A stretch of 64,000 nucleotides of DNA from an uncultured Gemmataceae bacterium (lineage in GTDB: Bacteria; Planctomycetota; Planctomycetia; Gemmatales; Gemmataceae), in NCBI GenBank assembly GCA_963750165.1, contig CAVVPN010000011.1, positions 2,016,001 through 2,080,000 on the forward strand. Direction: 5' to 3'. Positions 31,977 through 42,050 of the stretch are shown here, piece by piece. The stretch's first letter is position 1. Each line of letters begins with the position of its first letter. The position numbers and the translations under genes are program-made. The notes beneath the pieces are model-generated. The model saw only the letters and a program-made list of their open reading frames with translations, did not search any database and was not told the origin of the DNA.

Positions 31977-31979
31977 GTT

Positions 31980-34286
31980 TCAGCGCCGCGTCGGCCGCCA
32001 TTCCAGGCCGAGCACGGTCATGCGCTCACGGCGGGCCATGACGGCGTACGGCGTGTTCGCGTAGTCCCTCGTGATCAGATCCCAGGTGCGGCGGACTTCC
32101 TTGACCCAGTCCTTGACTTTGCCCTCGGGAATGCTCACCTTATCCCGCGACGCCATGCGGTAGCCGGCGAAGCCAGCCTCCAGCGGCGGCAGCGAGTCGG
32201 TGCGAATCTGCGCCAGCAGGTAGTTGTACTCCATCAGATAGATCAGCCGCGACTCCAGCCGGGCCAGCACGAAATGGTAGTTCGCCGTCCAGCGCTTCGA
32301 GGTTTCCTTCGCCAGGTGCAGCTTGCCGGCCTCTTTCAGATCATCGAGCGCGCTCTCCAGCGCGAACGCGGCCCGGCCGGGCGCGCCTTGCTTCTCAAAC
32401 ACCTGCTTCTTGACCTGCGCGGTGCTGGCGCCGAAGAACACCTCGTCAAAGCGCACGTTGGAACTCTCGTTCAGCGCCTGCACGGCGTCCAGGATGGCCT
32501 TCTTCAACTCCGGCGAACTCGCGTCCGCCTGATACTGCTGGATCACCTCGGCCGGCAGCGGCGGCAGGTTGGACACGCGCAGGTCGTCGCGGACACCGCG
32601 CCTGCCGCGCACCGGCGGAATCTGATTGATCTCTTCCAGGATACGCTGCACCAGGGCGGCTGCGGCGGCCGGCTGGTTGTTGGGGCCGACCGGCGATGTC
32701 TCAATGGTCAGCAGCGCCGGTGCCGCTTCCTCCGGGTTCGGGTCGGCGCCGGCCGCCGCTTCCTTGCCGAACAGCCGGGCCGTCTGTGTCAACTTGTGCG
32801 GCATCAGCGTCTTCTGCATGGCGGCGTTGACGCGGTTGGTCAGCAGGTCCATCGGTAGGGGGCTGCTCGCCTCCGTGATGCCGGACGGCTGCGTCAACAG
32901 GCTCTTGGCCGCGCCGGTGAACGCCTGCAGGAACAGACTGCCGCTCTCGAATTCCAGGCTCTCCTGCTTGGCGTCGCAGGCCACCAGCACCTGCACACCA
33001 GCGGGCACCTGGCGGATTTTGGCGTCGAAGTCCTCGGTCAGCGCGCCGCCGCCGGGGCGGAGGTTGCCGGCGCCTGGGTTGTGGCGGGCGATGTCCAGCA
33101 CCAGCACCTTCTGCCGGCACTTGCACGCCTTCAATTGGTCGTACACCCACGACAGCTTGATGAGCGTGGCGGCGTCCGCCAGGTCGCCCTCCACCGGCAC
33201 CAGGTACGCCTCCTTGTCGATCTCGATGGCGTGGCCGGTAAACAGGATCAAAATGCGGTCCTGTTCGCGCGAGGTCTTCAAGAACTCAGTGATGGTGCTT
33301 TCGATTACCGTTTTGAGTGGTGGATACGGCTTCACAGTGGCCCGGTCGTTTAGCTCAAAGACCTGCCGCGCGGGGAAGCGCATGCCGCGCGCCAGCTGGT
33401 CGCGCAGCGAGGCCAGGTTGCTGCCGGGGAACTGGTCCCGCGGGTTCGACGGCGCATGGCCCGCGTTCAGTGGATTGGCGTACAGGTAGTCGCTGACGCC
33501 GATCAGCAGCGCCCGCCGCGGAAACGGCGCTTCCTTGGCTGGCCCCTTCTTCGGCGGGTTCTTGACGATCTCCGGGTTCTTCTTCGGCGTATCCTTCTTC
33601 GGCGGATCCTTCTGCACGGGCTCCACCTTGGGCGGATCCTTCTTCGGCTCCACCTTTCTGGGCGGATCCTTTGGCATGGGCGAATCCGGCGGGCCAATCG
33701 GGCCGGCGGTTTTCTTGTTGGGCGGATCCTGCTTGTCGTTCGGCTCGACCTTGGGCGGATCCTGCTTGTCGTTGGAATCGGTTTTCGGCGTGTTGGCGTT
33801 GGCGGGGGGGGACTGGCCGGTCGTTCCCTTGTCGTCGGTTTTCGGGTTTTCCCTGGACTCTTCCTGGGCCTGCTCGCTGGGTTTGTTGGGGTTGAACAGG
33901 CCGGAGAGCTGCGGCCCCAGCGCGACGAAGACAATGGCGGCCAGGGCCAGGACGCCGCCGCAGACCAGGACACCGACCCCCAAACTGCCGCTGCCCTTCT
34001 GCTTGTAGCGCGGCTGGTATGGGCTGGCGTTGGGATTAATGACCGCGTGCTGGATCGAGAACGGATTGGCGGTCACCACCGCCGCCGCGGGCTTCGCCAC
34101 CGGAACGACTGCTGCGCGAACCGGCGCGGCCACCGGCCGGGGCGCCGGCGCGGGCGTTGCTGAACTGGACCGGGCCTGGAAGATGTTGCTGCAGAACTTG
34201 CAGCGCATCGGCTGGGTCACCCATTCGGCCGGGATGCGCAGCACGTTCTTGCAGTACGGACACCTGGCCTGAACCACGGCGCTCAT
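31980..34286 (-). CDS. Zn-ribbon / TM / Pro-Lys repeat linker / caspase-like domain protein
   Basis: CPYC..CKFC, one TM helix, KDPPK repeats, RRALLIGVSDY, FTGHA, YLVPVEG, VLVLDIAR. Confidence 0.85.
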   Translation of the reverse strand: MSAVVQARCPYCKNVLRIPAEWVTQPMRCKFCSNIFQARSSSATPAPAPRPVAAPVRAAVVPVAKPAAAVVTANPFSIQHAVINPNASPYQPRYKQKGSGSLGVGVLVCGGVLALAAIVFVALGPQLSGLFNPNKPSEQAQEESRENPKTDDKGTTGQSPPANANTPKTDSNDKQDPPKVEPNDKQDPPNKKTAGPIGPPDSPMPKDPPRKVEPKKDPPKVEPVQKDPPKKDTPKKNPEIVKNPPKKGPAKEAPFPRRALLIGVSDYLYANPLNAGHAPSNPRDQFPGSNLASLRDQLARGMRFPARQVFELNDRATVKPYPPLKTVIESTITEFLKTSREQDRILILFTGHAIEIDKEAYLVPVEGDLADAATLIKLSWVYDQLKACKCRQKVLVLDIARHNPGAGNLRPGGGALTEDFDAKIRQVPAGVQVLVACDAKQESLEFESGSLFLQAFTGAAKSLLTQPSGITEASSPLPMDLLTNRVNAAMQKTLMPHKLTQTARLFGKEAAAGADPNPEEAAPALLTIETSPVGPNNQPAAAAALVQRILEEINQIPPVRGRRGVRDDLRVSNLPPLPAEVIQQYQADASSPELKKAILDAVQALNESSNVRFDEVFFGASTAQVKKQVFEKQGAPGRAAFALESALDDLKEAGKLHLAKETSKRWTANYHFVLARLESRLIYLMEYNYLLAQIRTDSLPPLEAGFAGYRMASRDKVSIPEGKVKDWVKEVRRTWDLITRDYANTPYAVMARRERMTVLGLEWRPTRR

Positions 34287-34491
34287 CACGTCACCCCCGA
34301 CGAAGCCGGCACCGATCCCCCTACGCCCTCGCGCAGGGCAACCCTTCCCCTTTAATAGACGATATTCTAGCCAATTCGGTTCCGCGAAGAAAGTACAGGT
34401 AGCACGGCCTGCCGCGCCAGCTGGTGTGGGTGGTGCCGATGGTAGTATAACATCTGCTGACGCCGCCCCGATCCCGCGGGAGAAGTTCGCC

Positions 34492-35616
34492 ATGTCCACC
34501 GACCTGCAACGGCCCTCGCCGGAACACTTCCTGACGCTGATCCGCCAGCAGCAGCGCGGCCGGCTAAAGGTGTACCTTGGCTTCGCCGCCGGCGTCGGCA
34601 AGACCTTCGAGATGCTCCAGGAGGGCCATCGCCTGCGGCGCCAGGGCGTGGACGTGGTGGTCGGTATCGTCGAGACGCACGGCCGGGCCGAAACCGCCGC
34701 GCTGGTCGAGGGCCTGGAGCAGGTGCCGCGGCGGAGCATCGAGTACCGCGGTGTGGCGCTTGCGGAGATGGACCTGGACGCCCTGCTGGCCCGGCGGCCG
34801 AACGTGGCCCTGGTGGACGAACTGGCCCACACCAACGCCCCGGGCAGCCGTTTTGCCAAGCGCTACCAGGACGTGGAGGAACTGCTGCGCAACGGTATCA
34901 ACGTCATCAGCACGCTCAACATTCAGCACCTGGAGAGCCTGTACGACATGGTGGAGCGGGCCACCGGCGTCAAGGTCAAGGAGCGCGTGCCCGACTACGT
35001 GCTGGGCATCGCCGACCAGCTCGTCAACGTCGATCTGTCCGCCGAGGATTTGCGCGACCGCCTGCTGGCCGGCAAGGTCTACCCGGCGGAGCGCATCAAC
35101 AGCGCCCTGGAAAACTTTTTCACGCAGGAGAACCTGACGCGACTGCGCGAGTTCGCGCTGGAGGAGATGGCCCACCGGCTGGACCGGCGCCGCCAGGAGA
35201 AGAGCGGGCCGCAGCCGAGCGGCTCGGAGCGCGTCATGGTGTGCCTGAGTTCGCAGAGCCCCAGCGCCGAACGGCTGCTGCGCAAGGGCGGCCGTCTGGC
35301 CGACCGGCTGGGCGCACCGTGGTACGCCGTCTACATCCAGACCCCGAGCGAGGCACTGGACCGCATCGACGCGGCAACGCAGCGGCGCATCAGCAACACG
35401 CTGGAGCTAACGACGCAGCTGGGCGGTACGCCGATGCAGTTCAAGGGTGCCGACGTGGTCAGCACCATCGCGGCCTTCGCGCAGGAGTACGGCATCACGC
35501 ACATTGTGCTGGGCCGCAGCCGGCAGCCGTGGTTTCGGCGCTGGTTCGGCCAGTCGCTGCTGGACCGCCTGCTGCAAACCATTCCTGGCGTGGACGTGCT
35601 CGTCGTGGACACCTGA
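34492..35616 (+). CDS. kdpD: Short KdpD (KdpD sensor + Usp domain, no kinase)
   Basis: RGRLKVYLGFAAGVGKT, ETHGR, LVDELAHTN, TLNIQHLESL, LTRLRE; Usp-like C-terminus. Confidence 0.92.
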   Translation: MSTDLQRPSPEHFLTLIRQQQRGRLKVYLGFAAGVGKTFEMLQEGHRLRRQGVDVVVGIVETHGRAETAALVEGLEQVPRRSIEYRGVALAEMDLDALLARRPNVALVDELAHTNAPGSRFAKRYQDVEELLRNGINVISTLNIQHLESLYDMVERATGVKVKERVPDYVLGIADQLVNVDLSAEDLRDRLLAGKVYPAERINSALENFFTQENLTRLREFALEEMAHRLDRRRQEKSGPQPSGSERVMVCLSSQSPSAERLLRKGGRLADRLGAPWYAVYIQTPSEALDRIDAATQRRISNTLELTTQLGGTPMQFKGADVVSTIAAFAQEYGITHIVLGRSRQPWFRRWFGQSLLDRLLQTIPGVDVLVVDT

Positions 35617-35759
35617 GAAGTTGTGATGGGATGAGTTGGGTTGCTGTCCTGGTTCGTAGTACCGCCTTGAGGCGGTCTTGCGCCTGACTGATCGTGGTTG
35701 CAACGACTACAATAGGCCCGTGCCATTTCGATCACACTGATCGGCAAGGGGGTATACGC

Positions 35760-38234
35760 ATGCTGCGCATCTTCGTCATGCTGGCCATGCTCGGTGTGGC
35801 CGCTGGGCCTAACGAAACGCTCGCACCCTGGGCGAAAAATGCTCATCCGACAGACGCGCCGAAACGCCATGTCGAGAAGATCGCGGTTGGCCGGCACGTC
35901 TACGTCATCCGTCAAGCCGGCACGATGGACGGCAGCAATTGCCGCTCACCCATCGGCGTGGGAATGATGGACGGCCCGCCCATCGAGCAGACCTGGGAGT
36001 CCAACCGCGCGGTGCGACTGGAGAATACGGGGGCAACGGACGTGATCAATCCCTGGCTGGCGAACGGCCGCAACGGCTTCCGCACACTCGATGAGATCGT
36101 GGCGTCGGCCGTCAAACCAGGCATGACGGATCGTGAGAAGGCCCAGGCGCTCTGGTTTCAGGAGATTCGCCATCGCTATCACTGGTCCGGCGACAACAAC
36201 GAACTGGGCGATCCGGTCAAGGTCTTCAACATCTACGGACACAACACCTGCGGCAACGATTCCATCTGCCTGGCGGGCCTCTGGAAGCGGGCAGGGTTGA
36301 AGGTGACGCCCGCACGGGTCGTTGGCCATTGTGTGACGCAATGTTACTTTGACGGCCGCTGGAATCTCTTCGATGGCGACATGCATTCGATGTACCTGTT
36401 GCGCGATAACCACACCGTCGCGAGTGAGCAGGACCTCGTGCGCGACCACGATCTGATCAAACGCACGCACACGCAGGGCATCCTGAACCCGGATCGGCGT
36501 GCGAACGATGAGTGGGAGGCGTCCATTTTCATGTTCGAGGGGCCGCCCGCCGGTGATCGCAATTGCGCCCAGAACACCTCCATGAACATGGTGCTGCGGC
36601 CCGGGGAGGCAATCACCTGGCGCTGGGGGCATACGAATCCAGTGAAGTATCATGGAGAAAAGCCGCGGTATCCCGACACCATCTGCAACGGCCTCTGGGA
36701 ATATCGGCCCGACTTCGGGCGCGACCTTTGGAAGAAGGGGACCGCCTCGGTCGCGGGCGTTCAGACGAAGGGCGGCGAACTGATCGCCGAAGCCGGAAAA
36801 ACCGGCACCATCATCTGGACCATCCGCAGCCCCTACGTCCTTGTGGGCGGCAGGCTCGAAACGGAGGGGAGCGGAGCAAAGTTCGCGCTGTCGTGGGACG
36901 GGAAAACGTGGCTGGAGGCGGGGCCGGACCTGGACAAATTCTTCCCGCCTGCCGGCCCGGCGCGCTACACCTATCGGCTCCGCTGCGAGTTGAACGCTGG
37001 TGCCCGTCTCAAGCGTCTGGGTATCGTCAACGACCTCCAGATGGCGCCGCTGGCGCTGCCGGCGCTGGCGGTTGGCGACAACCAGTTCGTCTACACGGAC
37101 CAGTCTCCCGGCAAGCGGCAGGTGCGCATCACGCACGACTGGGTCGAGCACTCCGCCTCCCGACCGCCCGAAGCTCCCACCACGCCCACGTTCCCGCTGG
37201 ACAAGGCGGAAGCCGAGGGCACCCAGCTTGTGTTCCGCTGGCCGGCGCCCAAAAGCGCCGACGGCATCGCCGATTACCATTTTGAACTCTCGGATCGACC
37301 GGACATGCGTTGGCCGCTGTCGCCGAACTTCTACAGGCTGATCTCGAAGACGGCCGACCGCGGTAAGTCGCAGTTCACGTTGCCGCACGGCGGGCTCCTA
37401 ACAGTGGACCGGAAATACTACTGGCGCGTGCGGGCGAAGAATGCGAAGGGCGTATGGGGCTCCTGGAGCGCGACCTGGAGCTTTACGCCGCGCGGGCCCG
37501 CGGCCCCCACCGACGTTCGCCTCGCCATCGCTCGCGACCGCGGCGCCGCTGTCCTGCGCTGGCAGCCGAACCCAACTGGGCGGAAGCCGGTGAAGTACCG
37601 CATCTACGGCAGCGACGTAAAAGGCTTCACGGTCAGCGACGAACCCTACAAGTCCGTCGTCGGCGTGTCGAAGGTGGTCTCCGCCAATCGGCCGGCCAAT
37701 TATGTGACCGAGGTCGCGGCGACCGAGGCGGTGGTGATCGGCGCGGAGATCAACTTGCCCAACGCGAACCGAGCCTACTACCGCGTCGTGGCCGTGGACG
37801 CGAAGGGGAACCGGAGCGGGCCATCCGATTTCGCCGAGGCGCCGCGGCCGCTCCTCTGGTCGCGTCCCGTCACCGCCGCCCAGGTGGGAGCAGCATACCG
37901 TTATACCCTCGCCGCCATCCGCTCACTCGGCGACCTGCGGACGCGCGTTGTCAACGGCAAGGAAACGATGAACTACTGGGACATCGAGAACCCGCGCTTC
38001 GCCCTTCAGAAAGGGCCTGCCTGGCTCAGGATCGACGAGCGCACGGGAGTGCTCTCGGGCGTTCCGGACAGCCCCGGCAAGGTGGTCATCACCGTGACCG
38101 CCACGATTGACCGAGAAGTTCGCAAGCTGGATGAGCGCGCCCTGAGCTGGGGGCAGGAAAAAACGTTGTCCACGGGTACGCAGAGGGTCGGCGTGGCCAC
38201 GCAGACCTTTACCCTCGAGATCGCGCCGCGCTGA
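35760..38234 (+). CDS. Secreted multidomain protein: transglutaminase-like core, FN3-like and Ig-like domains
   Basis: Signal peptide; TCGNDS...GHCV...WNLFDGD; YYWRVRA...GSWS; PAWLRIDERTGVLSGVP. Confidence 0.72.
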   Translation: MLRIFVMLAMLGVAAGPNETLAPWAKNAHPTDAPKRHVEKIAVGRHVYVIRQAGTMDGSNCRSPIGVGMMDGPPIEQTWESNRAVRLENTGATDVINPWLANGRNGFRTLDEIVASAVKPGMTDREKAQALWFQEIRHRYHWSGDNNELGDPVKVFNIYGHNTCGNDSICLAGLWKRAGLKVTPARVVGHCVTQCYFDGRWNLFDGDMHSMYLLRDNHTVASEQDLVRDHDLIKRTHTQGILNPDRRANDEWEASIFMFEGPPAGDRNCAQNTSMNMVLRPGEAITWRWGHTNPVKYHGEKPRYPDTICNGLWEYRPDFGRDLWKKGTASVAGVQTKGGELIAEAGKTGTIIWTIRSPYVLVGGRLETEGSGAKFALSWDGKTWLEAGPDLDKFFPPAGPARYTYRLRCELNAGARLKRLGIVNDLQMAPLALPALAVGDNQFVYTDQSPGKRQVRITHDWVEHSASRPPEAPTTPTFPLDKAEAEGTQLVFRWPAPKSADGIADYHFELSDRPDMRWPLSPNFYRLISKTADRGKSQFTLPHGGLLTVDRKYYWRVRAKNAKGVWGSWSATWSFTPRGPAAPTDVRLAIARDRGAAVLRWQPNPTGRKPVKYRIYGSDVKGFTVSDEPYKSVVGVSKVVSANRPANYVTEVAATEAVVIGAEINLPNANRAYYRVVAVDAKGNRSGPSDFAEAPRPLLWSRPVTAAQVGAAYRYTLAAIRSLGDLRTRVVNGKETMNYWDIENPRFALQKGPAWLRIDERTGVLSGVPDSPGKVVITVTATIDREVRKLDERALSWGQEKTLSTGTQRVGVATQTFTLEIAPR

Positions 38235-38314
38235 CGCCGCAGCGCGGGAAGACGACTGGCGCGAACCAAGGAAGATAACGATTGTCGCTGTGGGACTGGA
38301 ACAGGAAGAAGACC

Positions 38315-40807
38315 ATGCTCGCACGCTGCGCGATGTTGTGCCCGTACATGCTGCTCCTGATGGCGTGGAGTGGGATTGCTCAGCCAGTGAGCGCCACCGA
38401 GTCGGCGTCGATGCAGAAGCAGGGACCGCGCGTCGATGCGGTCGGCGATCCGCTTCCGAAAGGTGCCGTGGCACGGATTGGGACGCTGCGACTCCGACAG
38501 CCATCCGAAGTGTGCACCGTCGTTTTTTCTCCTGACGGTAAGCTGCTCGCAACAGGAGGACGCTACGACGGCGTGCGACTCTGGGAATCCACCACGGGGA
38601 AAGCACTCCGCTTTCTTCCCGCCAGGGGAGGACAGTGCATTTTCCATCTGGCCTTCTCGCCGGACAGCAAGACGTTGGTTTCCAGTGGCTTTGACGGTGC
38701 CGTGGAAGTATGGGACGTTGCTACCGGCAAGAAAATCCGCCAACTCGGCGTGGATTCTGTTGCTGCCAGGCTTGGCCCGCTGTGTTTCTCCGACGATGGC
38801 AAATGGCTCGCGTTGGCCGAGGGCAGGACCATGCGCGTCTGGGAAACCACAGGCTGGACCGAGCAAAAGCCTCCGCGACCCGAGGGCAAGAAAGTCATCC
38901 TTCCCGCCTTCGCCGGCAAACGCATGTATGTGAGAGGAATTGGAGCCGAATGGGGCAAGGACCACCTCTGGGACCTCGCCGCGCTGGAGCGACAGGTCGT
39001 CCCGGCGAGTTGGGGCACGGGTTGGTGGACCGCTCTTTCTCCGGACGGCAAGCGCCTGGCGGCAACGGACCCGGGAGACACGCTCGTCGTGGTACGCGAC
39101 ATCGCCACCGGGAAAGAGACGCTCCGCCTGGAACCGGTGGTGAAGAAAGGTGCCGCGGTGCGCGCCATCTGTTTTTCGCCCGACGGAAAACTCCTGGCCA
39201 TTGGGGGCTGGGGGATTCCGCTGCGCTGCATCGATCCCGAGACGGGAAAGGACAGGGTGCGCTTCGGCGATCAGGCGGTGGATTACACCACCCAGCTGGC
39301 CTTTTCTCCGGATGGCAAGCGGCTGGCCGTTGCCCGCGGGAACGGCGTCCGGCTCTGGGAGGTCGGCACCGGGAAGGAACTTTTGCCGTCGAGTAGCCAT
39401 ACCCATGGCGTGCGTGCCATCGCGTTTTCACCGAACGGGAAACGGCTTGCCTTCGGCGACGGACACTGGCTGCGCCTGTACGACACGACAACCCACAAGC
39501 AGGTGTGGCGCTTCCCGGAGGAACGGGATCATGGTTACCGAATCGCCTTCGCTGCGGATGGCAAGGCCCTCGTGGCCGGAAGCGTCGCACTCCTTTGCTT
39601 CCATGACACGCTGACTGGAAAAATGACCCACTCCCTGGGGAAGCAGTCGCTCGAACCACATCATTTCGGCAGTCCGGTCGAGTACGGCCTGTACACGCCG
39701 GACCTTGAAAAAGTAGTCTTTCTCCACCTCAACTCGGAAAACGATCCGTACACGACTGTTCTTGTTCGCTCAGCCGCGACCGGAATGGAACAGTTGAAGT
39801 TCAAGCACCTCGGTGGATCGGCAAGTGCCGCGAGCATTTCCCCCAACGGACAGTTCGTGGCAATTGGTTATCTGGAAGGTCCCATTCAGCTTTACCACCT
39901 CACGAGTGGGAAAAGGGCGAATCAACTGGATGTGACCGGGACGGACTGGCACAGACTTGTCTTCGCACCCGACGGCAGAACCCTGGCCACAAGGGACAAG
40001 AAAGGCGCCTTGCGACTGCTGGAGGTAGCCACCGGGAAGACGCGGCTGGTGCTGCAGGGCCCTGGGGCGCGGGACAGTTTCGTCTATTCTCCGGATGGAA
40101 AAGTGCTCGCAACCTGGGGGGACAGGACGGTCCAGTTGTGGGACACGAGTTCGGGTCGCAAGCTTGGTCGGCTGGAGGGGCACACCGGCCACATCAACGA
40201 GGTGGCCTTCATGCCCGGGGGGAGCATCCTGGCAACGGCCAGCGAAGATACGACCATCCTGTTCTGGGAGGTGGCCGACCTGATCCCCAGAGAAAAGCCG
40301 GCTCCGCTCGCCCCCGAGGCATTGACCGCGGCATGGAAAGACCTGGCCGGCCCGGACACGGCGCAGGCACACCGCGCCATGGTTTCCTTCCGCCAGGCGG
40401 GGCCTCAAGCAGTCGCTTTCCTGCGTGAACGGCTTCGGCCGGTGTCCATGCCGGCCGCGCAACAAATTGAGCGCTGGCTCAAGGATCTCGACCATGCGAA
40501 GTTCGCCGTCCGAGACCAGGCGGCCAGGGAGCTGAAGAAACAGATCGACGTTGTGGTCCCCTCGCTGCGGAAGGCGCTGGCTGCTGGCCCATCCCTGGAA
40601 AAGCAGCGGCGCTTGAATCAGCTGATTGCCTTGGCGGAGGAAGGGCACTGGACGCCGGAGGCCCTGCGAACCCTTCGAGCCATTGAGGTACTGGAACAGA
40701 TTGGTTCAGCAGAAGCGCGAACGGCGCTGAAAACGCTGGCCGGCGGCGCGCCGGCAGCGCGGTTGACTCGGGAAGCAAAAACCTCGCTGGAGCGACTGGC
40801 GCGGTGA
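38315..40807 (+). CDS. WD40 repeat protein, planctomycete type
   Basis: DAVGDPLPKGAVARIGT, many FSPDGK..LA repeats, C-terminal LRAIEVLEQIG. Confidence 0.95.
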   Translation: MLARCAMLCPYMLLLMAWSGIAQPVSATESASMQKQGPRVDAVGDPLPKGAVARIGTLRLRQPSEVCTVVFSPDGKLLATGGRYDGVRLWESTTGKALRFLPARGGQCIFHLAFSPDSKTLVSSGFDGAVEVWDVATGKKIRQLGVDSVAARLGPLCFSDDGKWLALAEGRTMRVWETTGWTEQKPPRPEGKKVILPAFAGKRMYVRGIGAEWGKDHLWDLAALERQVVPASWGTGWWTALSPDGKRLAATDPGDTLVVVRDIATGKETLRLEPVVKKGAAVRAICFSPDGKLLAIGGWGIPLRCIDPETGKDRVRFGDQAVDYTTQLAFSPDGKRLAVARGNGVRLWEVGTGKELLPSSSHTHGVRAIAFSPNGKRLAFGDGHWLRLYDTTTHKQVWRFPEERDHGYRIAFAADGKALVAGSVALLCFHDTLTGKMTHSLGKQSLEPHHFGSPVEYGLYTPDLEKVVFLHLNSENDPYTTVLVRSAATGMEQLKFKHLGGSASAASISPNGQFVAIGYLEGPIQLYHLTSGKRANQLDVTGTDWHRLVFAPDGRTLATRDKKGALRLLEVATGKTRLVLQGPGARDSFVYSPDGKVLATWGDRTVQLWDTSSGRKLGRLEGHTGHINEVAFMPGGSILATASEDTTILFWEVADLIPREKPAPLAPEALTAAWKDLAGPDTAQAHRAMVSFRQAGPQAVAFLRERLRPVSMPAAQQIERWLKDLDHAKFAVRDQAARELKKQIDVVVPSLRKALAAGPSLEKQRRLNQLIALAEEGHWTPEALRTLRAIEVLEQIGSAEARTALKTLAGGAPAARLTREAKTSLERLAR

Positions 40808-40954
40808 TCCTACCTGTTGATCGTAAGGCAAATTGCTCAGGAGGACGTTCCAGGCATCCACCCCGAGTTCGCGCATTGCCAGCGGAGCCAGTCTGCGGTA
40901 TTTTTGAGCCGTCGCATCGTCGGAGGCCTCCCAGGGAATATAACCGAGAAGCGT

Positions 40955-41316
40955 GAACCTGGTGTCACGGTGATTGAGAATGGCACCCTCGTTGACGGGA
41001 CCGGCGCCGCGCCAGCGGATCGAGCGCAGGCCGTGGTTGGGTCCCTCGGTTCTGCCATTGCTGGAACGCATCACGAAGTTATTCCCCCGGCGGCCAAGAT
41101 GCTCACGCTGTTCGACCACGACACCCTGCGCGTCGCTGCGGCCTGGGGCGGCGCCGGGTTCATCGACTGGAACGGCATCAATTTCAACGGCCGGCACCAG
41201 GTCCACCCGCGCGTCGTGGGCCGGGTGCTGTTCGCCAATCCGTCGGGCCCGGCTGGGCCAACCCCCAAACCGGCGGCTTCGACGACCCGCGTCTGCGGGG
41301 CCGCGAAGGTCTCCGC
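40955..41316 (+). pseudogene. Mosaic of gene fragments (amidohydrolase-like N-terminus plus an internal piece of a large secreted protein)
   Basis: TVIENGTLVDGTGAAP, then LFDHDTLRVAAAW..GFIDWNGINFNGRH..., shifting frame to WANPQTGGFDDPR; no coherent start or end. Confidence 0.5.
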
Positions 41317-41329
41317 AGACGGCAACCTG

Positions 41330-41883
41330 AGATCTTCGAGATAGGTCTGTGGGTTGGCCTTGCGCCAGCGTGGCGGTGCGTCGTCCTGTGGCCTGGGCGG
41401 CAGTCCGGGGCACACTTCCCGGAGCCGTTGCACGAGTTTGGCCAGGTCGCCTTCGTAGTCATTGCTGCGGAGGAAAACCGACTGCTGTTCGGCGAGCGCT
41501 TCCAGGTTGAAATTGGCCAGCCATTCCTGGTCGGGCATCGCCGTGTTGTCCAGGCGAACGGGAATGACGGTGTTTCCCGACTTCAGGCTGAGCGTGATTT
41601 CTTTCCTCACCCAGTCGTTCTTATCGGACAGGCGCGGGAAGCCTTCTAGCTTTCCCTTGTCAAACGAAGCAGTTTTCCAGCCGGGGCCGATGACCACCAA
41701 CATGACCGGGCAAGATTGTGCGTTGTCCTCAAGCACCTTGGTCCAGACCTCGCCACCTCGGAGTCGGGTTTTATCCCGAAACACGGCAGCCGCACCGAAT
41801 TCTCGCGTCAGGTCGCGGTCCAGGTGAGTGACCTGGTTGTTTGAATCTTTTTCACGGTAGCTAATGAAAATCATGTTTGGCAT
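41330..41883 (-). pseudogene. TIR-domain gene, apparently 3'-truncated (ORF runs on to 41071)
   Basis: IFISYREKDS, VFRD, LVVIGPGW, DWVRKEI, VIPVRL; after TYLEDLR it runs antisense into an unrelated fragment. Confidence 0.82.
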
Positions 41884-42050
41884 GAACTCGCTCCTCGGCC
41901 GGGTATGCAAGTCGGTATCCACTGTCACTTGCAGTTACCGACTTCGCTGCGCGGCAGACCTGGAGCTTCCAGGGCCAGTTGCTGCGGGGACATGATACGC
42001 CGCGTTGCTTCCTGAGCCAGACGGCACGCACGAGGGGCTGACTGTTGGGG

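Noticed and set aside
33540..33780. ggcggatcct repeats as DNA elements
   Set aside because: They encode the KDPPK linker of the caspase-like protein.
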